This document shows, piece by piece, positions 1 through 7,673 of a stretch of DNA of 19,028 nucleotides (its first letter is position 1; each line of letters starts with the position of its first letter). The DNA lies in the NCBI GenBank assembly GCA_003009755.1, contig PXUB01000025.1:85187-104214 (forward strand), written 5' to 3'. The translations under genes and the position numbers were made by a program. The stretch is from Thermoplasmatales archaeon SW_10_69_26. Lineage in GTDB: Archaea; Thermoplasmatota; SW-10-69-26. The notes under the pieces were generated by a model. The model was not told the DNA's origin, searched no databases, and worked only from the letters and a program-made list of their open reading frames with translations.

Positions 1-36
1 GATGCTCGAGGATTCGAACGACCTTCGGTCGTCCTC

Positions 37-86
37 TCGCCAGCATCGGGCCCGCGCAACCGCTGTCGGGCCAACGATGCTGGCGA
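37..86. repeat. Inverted repeat / hairpin (possible terminator for the minus-strand gene at 178-381)
   Basis: TCGCCAGCATCG (37-48) is the perfect reverse complement of CGATGCTGGCGA (75-86), with inner GGCCC (49-53)/GGGCC (68-72). At the window edge, so context is unknown. Confidence 0.5.
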
Positions 87-177
87 TCTGTACGGCCTCA
101 GCGGTATCCGCGGTCGGCCGTACCATCCTGAGAGACGCCGTTCTGTGACCGCGAGGTGCCCGATGGTGAGGCGTCTC

Positions 178-381
178 TCAGGACGCCCCGACACGAACGA
201 GGACGCCGCCGCAGTCGCACTGGCCGACGCGAGCGCCCACGGGCACGGTCTGCTGGACGCCGACTTGCGTGTTCTCGCCGCAGTCGGCGCACTCGATCGG
301 CAGATCGCGGCGCCAGGAGTGGGCGTGCATCCACGGCGTCTCCTTCAGGTTGAGGATCTCGGTATCGGGGTCTTGGGACAC
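178..381 (-). CDS. Small (67 aa) putative zinc-ribbon protein
   Basis: 3' part of ORF 178..606, from GTG at 381: VSQDPDTEILNLKETPWMHAHSWRRDLPIECADCGENTQ...GQCDCGGVLVRVGAS, with CxxC...CxC. The upstream part of the ORF is shadow of the neighbouring gene; the start is inferred. Confidence 0.65.
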   Translation of the reverse strand: MSQDPDTEILNLKETPWMHAHSWRRDLPIECADCGENTQVGVQQTVPVGARVGQCDCGGVLVRVGAS

Positions 382-455
382 GTGGGAAGCGCCTCGCCTG
401 TCAGGGTGCCGGCTTCCCCCTTCAACGTTGGGGACTCGGCTGAGGGGCGGCCCGA

Positions 456-1022
456 TCAGTGTTCGTCCTCGTGACCGTCCCCGTGATCGTGGTTCTCGGT
501 GTGGAAGTAGTCCCCGTGCTCGTGGTCGGTCTCGCCCGCGTGGTAGTGCAGCGGGAACGCGAGCGTGGTGCCGTCGGAGAGCGTGATCGTGAGGTCCACG
601 ATCCAACCCTCGGGCTTGTCGAAGGTCGCCACGCCGTGGTAGACGCCGTTGCCGGAGTGCGTCGGCGTCTGGGTGTGGGAGGACTCCAGGTCCTCGTGGC
701 TCTTCGAGACGTCCATCGAGATCTGGGCGTCGATGACCGGCTCGTCGGTCTCCGAGTCGAACAGCAGGAAGTAGAGGTCGTTCTCACCCGTGGGGACGCC
801 GCTTTGCGGGTCCGAGGGGGAAAGCGTCTTGATCCGCAGCGGGTGGTCGGGGTCGTTGTCGAGGGACGGCGCATCCGGCGCCGCCAGCACGACGCCGTCG
901 CTTCCCTTGGCTTCCTGGTAGCTGTCGAAGGACGGCCCGGCGGAGATGCACCCCGTCAACGGGACCGCCAACAGCGTCATCGTGACTCCCAGCAGTGCGG
1001 CAGCTCGTCGGTTGCTCGTCAT
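456..1022 (-). CDS. YtkA/FixH-like Ig-fold lipoprotein with His-rich C-terminal tail (putative metal-binding protein)
   Basis: Signal peptide ending in lipobox LTGC; GENDLYFLLFD...EPVIDAQI...GNGVYHGVATFDKPEGWIVDLTIT matches the YtkA-like pattern; tail HYHAGETDHEHGDYFHTENHDHGDGHEDEH; GGAGG upstream of the ATG. Confidence 0.75.
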   Translation of the reverse strand: MTSNRRAAALLGVTMTLLAVPLTGCISAGPSFDSYQEAKGSDGVVLAAPDAPSLDNDPDHPLRIKTLSPSDPQSGVPTGENDLYFLLFDSETDEPVIDAQISMDVSKSHEDLESSHTQTPTHSGNGVYHGVATFDKPEGWIVDLTITLSDGTTLAFPLHYHAGETDHEHGDYFHTENHDHGDGHEDEH

Positions 1023-1080
1023 CCCTGCTCCTCCACCCCGGCGAACCCGATCACCCTTGTTAATCTTTCACGGTGCTTGA

Positions 1081-1373
1081 CTGCCGGACGGTATCTGCGT
1101 ACCTCTCGCCGCCCTCAGCAGGTCGAAAGCTAGGAGCCAAGACGAAGGAAGGCCCGCAGGGCCTTTCGAGGTCGACGGCGACGACGCTTGCGGCAGCGGC
1201 GAGGGCGTTCCCGTCGGCATCGGCCTGCTGAGGGCGGCCCCCCAGGCGGCGGCCTGAGCGGCCCATCTCATCGTCGGCCTGCATCGACAACCCGCAGGGG
1301 TTCCCAGCTTGGGCCTCCGTGACCTTGCCTCGCTCACGCCGCCGCGAGATGTTACGCACATCGAGTCCGGCAG
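1081..1373 (+). ncRNA. Candidate structured non-coding RNA, family unknown
   Basis: Ends pair (CTGCCGGAC 1081-1089/GTCCGGCAG 1365-1373; TGCGTA/TACGCA; TCTCGC/GCGAGA); 19-bp stem 1108-1126/1220-1238; second arm 1246-1260/1331-1343; G-U pairs favour the + strand; no credible ORF. Confidence 0.45.
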
Positions 1374-1546
1374 GCTAGGACCCGCCACAGCGGCGGATCC
1401 CCGGACCGACACGGGGACGAGCACGACCCAGACGAGCCAGGCGCCCACCTCGACGCCCGGGTCGACGAGCACCGCCGCCGTCCGGGTCCTCGGCGGAGGC
1501 GTCGGGCGCCACCAGAGGGCGATCCGATCCCGCCGCCGACCGGTTG

Positions 1547-1553
1547 TTTTTAA
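1547..1553 (+). promoter_or_regulatory. TATA box of the HisA-like/DUF2240 unit
   Basis: TTTTTAA in GC-rich background, ~24 nt before GTG 1577 (leaderless geometry). Confidence 0.6.
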
Positions 1554-1576
1554 GGGGTCGGGGGTTTGCCGTGCGC

Positions 1577-2335
1577 GTGCCGACCACCTCGCTCGAGATC
1601 TTGCCCGTCATCCACGCCCGCGATGGCGCGCTCGTGGGTCCCGACGCCGAGCCCCTGGAGGAGGATCTGCGGCAGGTGGCCCGCCGCTTCTCACGCAACC
1701 GGGACGCGGTGTACCTGGTCGATCTGGACGGCCTCAAGCGCAACCGGCCCCAGGTCGGCTTGATGCAGCGCCTCTCCGACCGCGTCCACACGTGGGCCGA
1801 CGCCGGCCCGCGCAACGCCGAGGACTCGATGGATCTGCTGATGGCGGGAGCCGAGCAGGTGACGGTCCGCTACCACACGGCTGAGGCTCGCGACGTGGTG
1901 CGGGAGACCGTGCGCATCTCCGAGCAGGTGGCGCTGGGCATGGAGTTCCGCGACCAGGAGCTCGTCCAGAACCGTGCCTGGCCCGCGACGCCGCCCGAGC
2001 TGGTCGACCTGGCCGAGGACCTGCAGATCCCGCTCGTCGTCGTGGACCACTCGCGAGCCGGCACCGCCAGCGGGATCGACCGATCGGTGGCCTGGCACGC
2101 CCGCCAGCACGAGCCCGGCGCGTACTTCGCCGGCGGGATCGCCTCCCAGCGGGACCTCGACGTGCTCGAGGACCTCGGCTACCAGGGAGCGTTGATCTCG
2201 ACGGCCCTGCTCGAGGGTGAGAGCTTCGAGGGTCAGGACTGGCAGGGCCCGCCCCGGGCTCGCGAGGACGACGAAGAGCCCATCGACCCGTCGGGCTTCG
2301 ATCCCACGCCCGATCCACGGGAGGGGATCTTGTGA
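1577..2335 (+). CDS. HisA/HisF-related TIM-barrel protein (divergent)
   Basis: ILPVIHARDG, VYLVDLDG, WADAGPR, LMAGAEQVTV, AGTASGID, YFAGGIASQRDL...GALISTAL follow the HisA/HisF barrel pattern. Start GTG 1577 (or 1571) chosen from TATA spacing; the ORF track starts at 1544. Confidence 0.8.
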   Translation: MPTTSLEILPVIHARDGALVGPDAEPLEEDLRQVARRFSRNRDAVYLVDLDGLKRNRPQVGLMQRLSDRVHTWADAGPRNAEDSMDLLMAGAEQVTVRYHTAEARDVVRETVRISEQVALGMEFRDQELVQNRAWPATPPELVDLAEDLQIPLVVVDHSRAGTASGIDRSVAWHARQHEPGAYFAGGIASQRDLDVLEDLGYQGALISTALLEGESFEGQDWQGPPRAREDDEEPIDPSGFDPTPDPREGIL

Positions 2336-2844
2336 CGACGGCAACCCAGCAGGCGCTGGCCGTGGTGTTCCGCCGGTTCAACGACGAGGTCGTGCCGCGC
2401 GACGACCTGGTGAAAGCGATGAGCCTCGAGCTGGACTGGACGAAGCCCTCCAGAGCCGAGAACCTGCTCGATCGCGGCCTCAACGGGGGCTACGTCGAGG
2501 AGCGGGATGGCGGGCTGGCGGCCGGCTTCGACGCGAGCGCGGTCGACGTCCCGTTCGGCTTCGCGCCCGCCGAGGACCTGTTCGAAGCCGTGGAGACGAC
2601 CGCCGACGGGGCGGCGTCGGCGAGCCCCGAGGAAACGCCGCTGCTGGATCGGTTGCTCGATCGCGTGGCCGACGCGTTGGGTGGCGATCGGAACGAGGCC
2701 ATGGCGGCCGCCAACGCTTGCCAGGACACGATGGGAGGCCTGGTCTCGATCGAGGCGGCCGCGCTCCTCGTCGCCCACCGCGAAGGGGTCGACGTGGGAG
2801 ACGAGGCCGAGCAGGTGCTGGACGCGCAGCGGGCGGAGGCCTAA
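2332..2844 (+). CDS. DUF2240 family protein
   Basis: ALAVVFRR...MSLELDWTKPSRAENLLDRGLNGGYV...FDASAVDVPFGFAP...IEAAALLVAHREGVDV is typical of archaeal DUF2240; GTGA overlap with the upstream stop. Confidence 0.8.
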   Translation: MTTATQQALAVVFRRFNDEVVPRDDLVKAMSLELDWTKPSRAENLLDRGLNGGYVEERDGGLAAGFDASAVDVPFGFAPAEDLFEAVETTADGAASASPEETPLLDRLLDRVADALGGDRNEAMAAANACQDTMGGLVSIEAAALLVAHREGVDVGDEAEQVLDAQRAEA

Positions 2845-4769
2845 CGCCGGCTGGACCTCGCGCGCGTGAGCGCGGCGCCGGACAAGGCGACGACCAGCGT
2901 CGCGAAGAACCCGACCGTGAACCATCCCACCGCCACCGAGCGGTAGGTGTGACCAAGCGGCGGGGACAGATCCTCGCCCTCCCAGGGTTCGACGAACTCG
3001 GTCGGTGTCGGCTCGCTGCCGGTTTCCAGCGTCGCGGACATGCCGGCGAGGACGCTGGCGGTGCGGTAGAAGCGCAGCGCGGCACCGTCCTCCTCCTGGA
3101 CGCCACCGAACTCGAACAGGGCGATCGGCAGGATCGGGTCCACGCCGAGCCCGCGCGCCTCCTGGATGGCGCGAGCGGCTGCATCGCGGGCCGTGTCGAG
3201 CTTGTCCTGCGTGATGAGGCCGGCTCGGAGCTCCACCGACAGCGCCGAGATGACCTGGGTCTCGGCCGCCTCGACGGCCGCGCCGGCGTGGAAGCCGCGG
3301 CGCTCGTTGTCGCGCGCCTGCCGCATCGACTGGGCCGCCTCGTTGGGCGGCCGGTCGCCGAGGATCTGGCTCGTGTACGCCAGCATCTCGTCGGCCAGGT
3401 CCAACATCTCGTCGGCGAGCTGGTCGGCCGGCACCGGCAGACCGGGGCCGGGCCCGAAGGCCTCATCCAGCTGCAACCACCAGTGGACGGTCGCCGAGCG
3501 CTCGATCGCGCGCGCCGCCGACTGCAGCGCCGTGCCGGGCTGCGGGGCTTGGGATCCGTTCCAGGCGCGCTCGGCCTGTCGGACGCGTTGCTCGGCGTCG
3601 GCGACGCGCTTTTGCGCGGCGCCGACGGTGTAGAGGCTCTGCATCCCCGTCACGTTGGCATCGCCGGCGGCCTGACGGGCGCGCTCGACGGTGGCGGACG
3701 CGTTGGCGATCGCCTCGTCGACGACGGCCGGGTCCCGGTCCTGCTGGTGGTAGCGGAACAGCAGCTCGGCGTGGCGGGCCTGGATGGCGGCCGCGAACGC
3801 GCGGCTGGCCGCGCTGTAGAAGCGCTCGGCGTCGACGTTGGCCTCGGCGCGCTGGACGTCGTCCTGGGCGCCTCGCAGGATCTCGACGATCTCCCGCGCG
3901 GGTTGCTCGGCCACCGAGCTGGCGTTGAGCTCGGCCCAGACGTCCTCGTAGATCCGGCCGCGGTCGATGAGCCGATCCGCGAGCGGAGCCAGCGTGTCCT
4001 CGTAGCCGGCCGTGGTCGGTCGATCGCCGAGCTCGGGCTGGACGAACCGGTGCCCGGTCGCGAGCTCGACGAGCTGCTTGAGGTTGCGGACCTCCTGGCA
4101 CTGGATGCGCAGCTCGTCACGGCAGTGCTCGCCGACGTCGACCGTTTCGCCGCCGCGTGCAGCGACGGTGCCCTGGCCTTCGGGGACGAGGAACAGGCCG
4201 GCACCACGGTCGGCGGCCGCCTCGGCCTTCTCGAGGATGCCACCGACGGGACCGATCGAGCCGTCCGGGTTGATCGTGCCCGTGACGAGCACGTCGTCGG
4301 TGATGTTCCACGCCGGCTCGTCGGGGGCTCGGTGGGCGTTCTCGAGCGCGACGGTCGCCGCCAACGCCATCACCGAGCCCGCCGAGGGCCCGGAGATGAC
4401 GGGCGAGTCGCTGCGGACCACGAAGTAGAAATCGTGGTTCTCGAGGGCGTAGCCGGTCGCCGAGGCCGCCACGCGCGCGGCGATGCGAGCCGAGCCCTGC
4501 ATGTCGGTGCCGGTCAGGGGCTGGGTGGCCAGGCTGACGCCACCGGTGCCGTTCGGGCTGACGGTCACGCTGATCGTCGCGACGGTGCCGACGGTCTCGC
4601 CGGCCTCGGTGCGGGCGACGGCGACGGCGTCCATCTGGGCGTTCTCGGACAGCTGCCGGGTTTCCTGCGCAAGCGCCCCGGTCGCCAGCGGTTGGACGGG
4701 GACGAGCAGGAGCGCGAGCAGCACGAACGCGACCGAGCGCACGCGGCGGGCACCATCCACGGGGGACAT
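2841..4769 (-). CDS. Exported Lon-like serine protease (S16 family, no ATPase) with helical C-terminal region and TM anchor
   Basis: Signal peptide; ISGPSAG (catalytic Ser) and VTGTINPDGSIGPVGGILEKAEAA (catalytic Lys); C-terminal hydrophobic helix followed by RARSSRR. Confidence 0.88.
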   Translation of the reverse strand: MSPVDGARRVRSVAFVLLALLLVPVQPLATGALAQETRQLSENAQMDAVAVARTEAGETVGTVATISVTVSPNGTGGVSLATQPLTGTDMQGSARIAARVAASATGYALENHDFYFVVRSDSPVISGPSAGSVMALAATVALENAHRAPDEPAWNITDDVLVTGTINPDGSIGPVGGILEKAEAAADRGAGLFLVPEGQGTVAARGGETVDVGEHCRDELRIQCQEVRNLKQLVELATGHRFVQPELGDRPTTAGYEDTLAPLADRLIDRGRIYEDVWAELNASSVAEQPAREIVEILRGAQDDVQRAEANVDAERFYSAASRAFAAAIQARHAELLFRYHQQDRDPAVVDEAIANASATVERARQAAGDANVTGMQSLYTVGAAQKRVADAEQRVRQAERAWNGSQAPQPGTALQSAARAIERSATVHWWLQLDEAFGPGPGLPVPADQLADEMLDLADEMLAYTSQILGDRPPNEAAQSMRQARDNERRGFHAGAAVEAAETQVISALSVELRAGLITQDKLDTARDAAARAIQEARGLGVDPILPIALFEFGGVQEEDGAALRFYRTASVLAGMSATLETGSEPTPTEFVEPWEGEDLSPPLGHTYRSVAVGWFTVGFFATLVVALSGAALTRARSSRR

Positions 4770-4844
4770 ATGGGTTCGGGAATCGGTCGCCGCGCCAGGC
4801 GCGGTGGGCCGGTCCCTCCGGCTGTCTCGTTAAGCAGGGCCGCG

Positions 4845-4952
4845 AAGGACACGAAGGATCGCCAAGGCCACGAAGGGCCTGTGTACTCGCCGCCGGGCGG
4901 CGTTGTCACGGCAGCTGCTCGCCTTTGTACCCTGGCGTCCCCTCGCGTCCTT
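4845..4952. other. Long irregular hairpin in the protease/Sec61beta divergent spacer
   Basis: 4845-4864 pairs with 4933-4952 (three A-C oppositions on + become G-U on -); inner ACGAAGGGC/GCCTTTGT and a CGCCGCC/GGCGGCG apex. Confidence 0.4.
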
Positions 4953-5039
4953 GGTGGTGCCCCCCGTTTCTTATCCCTACAGCGCGCCGGTCCCTCCCCG
5001 TCAACCTTTTCAACCACCACCGATGTCGTTGGAGCAACC

Positions 5040-5225
5040 ATGGCCAGCGGAGAAGGCGGAGGCGGATTCCAAGAAGCAGCAGGCCTCGTCCGTTACTTCG
5101 ACGAGGAGGAGGAATCGGCCATCCACCTCGATCCCCGTCTCGTGCTGGGGATCTGTTTCGCCACGGCGTTCCTCACCATCCTCTTCAACTGGCAGTGCAC
5201 CCCCGGCGCGGGTGCGTGTTTCTAG
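5040..5225 (+). CDS. secG: Preprotein translocase subunit Sec61beta (archaeal SecG), 61 aa
   Basis: MASGEGGGGFQEAAGLVRYFDEEEESAIHLDPRLVLGICFATAFLTILFNW: AGLVRYF...DP signature plus one TM helix; only the last 61 codons of ORF 2217..5225; TATA-like CTTTTCAA at 5006-5013. Confidence 0.92.
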   Translation: MASGEGGGGFQEAAGLVRYFDEEEESAIHLDPRLVLGICFATAFLTILFNWQCTPGAGACF

Positions 5226-5268
5226 GCTCGGTCGGTCGGCTGCGTCGGCCGCTCCCTCGGCGGGATGG

Positions 5269-5651
5269 TCTGAGCGGTCGCGCTGACGGCGTCGAGCTGC
5301 GTCGGAATCCCGCAGAGGGGATTCCTACCTCGCTCTCCTTGTCAGCGACCGCTCAGATGGCTCAGTCGTGCGGCCATCCTGCCTCGGTGCGCGGCCTCCT
5401 CGCCGACCCCCCTCGCATCGACGCGGCCACCCCCGGCGGTTCGGTTCCTCCCCAAGCGGCGGCTGGCAGGGCACCCCCCTTCCCTTGTCAGCGACCGCTC
5501 AGGTTCGAAGGGGCCGCCACCCTCCTGCCTCGGTCCGACCCTTCGGTCGCCGACCTCCCTCGCCCCTCCCAACCCGGGCCCGGACTCCCAACCCGTGAGG
5601 GACGTAGGACGGAGCACGTTCACCTCGAGTTCCTGGTCAGCGACCGCTCAG
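5269..5651. repeat. 16-bp motif GTCAGCGACCGCTCAG: three direct copies plus one inverted copy, in degenerate ~147-bp units
   Basis: Exact copies at 5341-5356, 5487-5502 and 5636-5651; inverted copy with a 2-nt insertion at 5269-5287; units 1 and 2 also share TCCTGCCTCGGT...CGCCGACC.CCCTCGC. Confidence 0.85.
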
Positions 5652-5885
5652 ACGGTGGGGTTGATGCGGCCACCCGGTGTGCGGCGATACCCATCGAACG
5701 GAGATAGCGTTTCGAGCGCGGTCTCCGAGGCCTCCCGGACCGGTGTCCATCGTCGGTACGCGTCCGCGAGAACGTTCACGGATCTCCCGCGCGAGACGGG
5801 GGAGCCCTGCCAGCGCTGCTGATCCGGCTGGTGTGGGCCCGCCCGGCGTCGGCCCCGGCGCTCGAGCGGGTCGCTCGGCGGTCGC

Positions 5886-6049
5886 CGCAGCCGGGGCCAG
5901 ACGTCGGTGGAGCGTGGAGGCGGCCTCGCGGGGGTCCTACCGCCAGGCGAACCCTCGCGAGAGGGGGGGTGGATCTCCCATCCATCCAGAGGGCTGGGAG
6001 CCCTCGATACAGGCCGAGGGCCCAGCCGACGCTCCATCGATCGGCTACG
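5886..6049 (+). ncRNA. Candidate five-way-junction RNA structure upstream of lysS
   Basis: 12-bp closing stem 5904-5915/6029-6040 enclosing four helices, including CCCTC-GCGA-GAGGG (GNRA loop, 5952-5965), 5967-5987 and 5992-6027. Confidence 0.4.
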
Positions 6050-6086
6050 AGGGCTCCGTTGGAGGGGAGGAGTCTCGCCCTGAGGT

Positions 6087-6094
6087 CTTATTAG
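6087..6094 (+). promoter_or_regulatory. TATA-like box of lysS
   Basis: CTTATTAG ~23 nt before ATG 6117. Confidence 0.55.
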
Positions 6095-6116
6095 GGGGTC
6101 GTTCTTCCCTCACGCG

Positions 6117-7673
6117 ATGCACTGGGCCGACGTCCTCGCCGAGGATCTGCTCGAGCGGGGCTCCGAGCACACGCTCGCCACCGGGATCACGCCCTCGGGA
6201 CCGATCCACGTCGGGAACCTGCGCGAAGTGCTGACGACGGAGGCCGTCCATCGCGCCGTGCAGGACCAGGGCGGATCCTCCACGTTGCTTTACGTCGGCG
6301 ACACCTACGACCCGCTGCGCAAGGTCTACCCCTTCCTCGAGGACCACCCCGAGATCAACTACGCCGACCACGTCGGCGAACCGATCTCGACGGTGCCGGC
6401 CCCCGACGGCGAGCACGAATCCTTCGCCCACCGGTTCCTGTCGCCGTTCCTCGACGCTCTCGCCGAGCTCGGCATCGACCCCGAGATCCGGCTGGCGCAC
6501 GAGCTGTACGAGTCCGGCGCCTACCGCGAGGCCATCGAGCAAGCGATCGACCACGGCGAGACGATCCGCGGGATCCTCAACGACGTCGCCGGTCGCGACC
6601 TCGAGCCCGGCTGGGTGCCGTTCAACCCGCGCTGCCCCGATTGCGGGCGCTTCAGCGAGACCGAGATCACGGCCAGCGATGGCACCAGCCTCGAGATCCG
6701 CTGCTCGTGCGGGTTCACCGGGTCGCTCGACGCGTTGGACCCCGGCGCCGGCAAGCTGCCTTGGCGCGTCGACTGGCCCGCGCGGTGGGCGTTCCTCGGC
6801 GTCTCCTTCGAGGCGTTCGGCAAGGACCACGCCGCCAGCGGCGGCAGCTGGGACACCGCCGTCCCGATCGCCGAGCAGGTGTACGGGATCGATCCCCCCG
6901 GCCACGAGGTGTACGAGTGGATCCACGTCGAAGGCGAGGGGGCGATGTCCTCCTCGAAGGGGACCGGGATCGCGGCCCAGGACGTGCTCGAGGTCACCCC
7001 GCCCGAGGTGCTGCGGTTCCTCTTCATGCGCTACCGGCCGAACAAGCACGTCGAGTTCGACGCCGGCGAGGGGCTGCTGGACCTGGTCGACGGCTACGAC
7101 CGGGCGATGACCGAGCTCGAGGAGGAAGGCACGAGCGACGAGCTGCGCGATCCCGAGCGCGTGCTCGAGCTGTCCCAACCCTCCGGCGAGATGCCCGAGC
7201 ACCCCAGCCAGCACGTCTCGATGCGGCACCTGGCTCGGTTGGTCGACATCTACGAGGACACCGAGGAGGTGTTGGCCAGCGTGCGCCGGTCCGGCCACAT
7301 CGAGGAGGTCACCGACGCCGAGGAGGGGTTGCTGCGCTCGCGGATCGAGCGCACGCGAGCCTGGCTGGCGACGTTCGCACCCGAGGACGCCCAGTTGACC
7401 AGGAACCCGGGCGCCTGCGGTCGCGCGTGCACGAGCTCACCGCCTGGCTCGACGGGGCGCCCAACGTCGCCTCGCAGGGCCCGGGTCCGCCCGAGGAGCT
7501 GGCGGTGTTCGCCCTTTGGCGCGCCCTGGCCGCGAGAGACGCCGTCGACGTGGAGCCGCCGACGAAGCCGCGCGATCTCGCCGGCGAGCTGCAGACCCTC
7601 TTCGAGGGCGAGATCGACCGAGTCGACCGGCAAAGCTCCGACCAGGTGCTCGTCCCGCTGGCCTTGCACCTAG
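6117..7673 (+). CDS. lysS: Class I lysyl-tRNA synthetase, disrupted in this sequence (genuine LysRS sequence ends at ~7396)
   Basis: MHWAD, GITPSGPIHVGNLRE (HIGH-like), GKLPWRVDWPARW, GKDH, AMSSSKG (KMSKS-like), CPDC/CSC Zn motifs. Residues after EDAQ (7397-7673) are off-frame reading of a foreign fragment, and most of the anticodon-binding domain is absent. Confidence 0.93.
   Translation: MHWADVLAEDLLERGSEHTLATGITPSGPIHVGNLREVLTTEAVHRAVQDQGGSSTLLYVGDTYDPLRKVYPFLEDHPEINYADHVGEPISTVPAPDGEHESFAHRFLSPFLDALAELGIDPEIRLAHELYESGAYREAIEQAIDHGETIRGILNDVAGRDLEPGWVPFNPRCPDCGRFSETEITASDGTSLEIRCSCGFTGSLDALDPGAGKLPWRVDWPARWAFLGVSFEAFGKDHAASGGSWDTAVPIAEQVYGIDPPGHEVYEWIHVEGEGAMSSSKGTGIAAQDVLEVTPPEVLRFLFMRYRPNKHVEFDAGEGLLDLVDGYDRAMTELEEEGTSDELRDPERVLELSQPSGEMPEHPSQHVSMRHLARLVDIYEDTEEVLASVRRSGHIEEVTDAEEGLLRSRIERTRAWLATFAPEDAQLTRNPGACGRACTSSPPGSTGRPTSPRRARVRPRSWRCSPFGAPWPRETPSTWSRRRSRAISPASCRPSSRARSTESTGKAPTRCSSRWPCT
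7298..7396 (+). repeat. 99-bp exact direct repeat, copy 1 (inside lysS)
   Basis: CATCGAGGAGGTCACC...GAGGACGCCCAGTT, identical to 8044-8142. Confidence 0.95.

Noticed and set aside
1081-1373. SRP (7S) RNA or RNase P RNA
   Set aside because: The size fits, but neither the helix 8 CAGG-CCCGGAAGGG-AGCA motif nor the GAGGAAAGTCC and ACAGAA..CGGCTTA motifs were found on either strand.
1060-1884. ORFs 1060..1359, 1068..1472, 1309..1884 and 1375..1815
   Set aside because: Low-complexity translations of self-complementary DNA, or shadows of the HisA-like gene.
2217-5225. 1002-aa plus-strand ORF
   Set aside because: Antisense shadow of the S16 protease in GC-rich DNA; only the last 61 codons (Sec61beta) are credible.
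5341-5651. CRISPR or TIGR-type array, or canonical ORB origin boxes
   Set aside because: A 16-bp repeat with ~130-bp partly homologous spacers fits neither array type; no cas, tas or cdc6 gene nearby; no TTCCAGTGGAAA-like ORB consensus.
4925-6234. ORFs in the secG-lysS spacer (260, 185, 129 aa and others)
   Set aside because: Pro/Arg/Gly-rich with no codon bias; the repeated motif falls in different frames.
6117-7673. Intact 518-aa LysRS
   Set aside because: The length looks normal, but residues after ~426 are off-frame reading of a foreign fragment.
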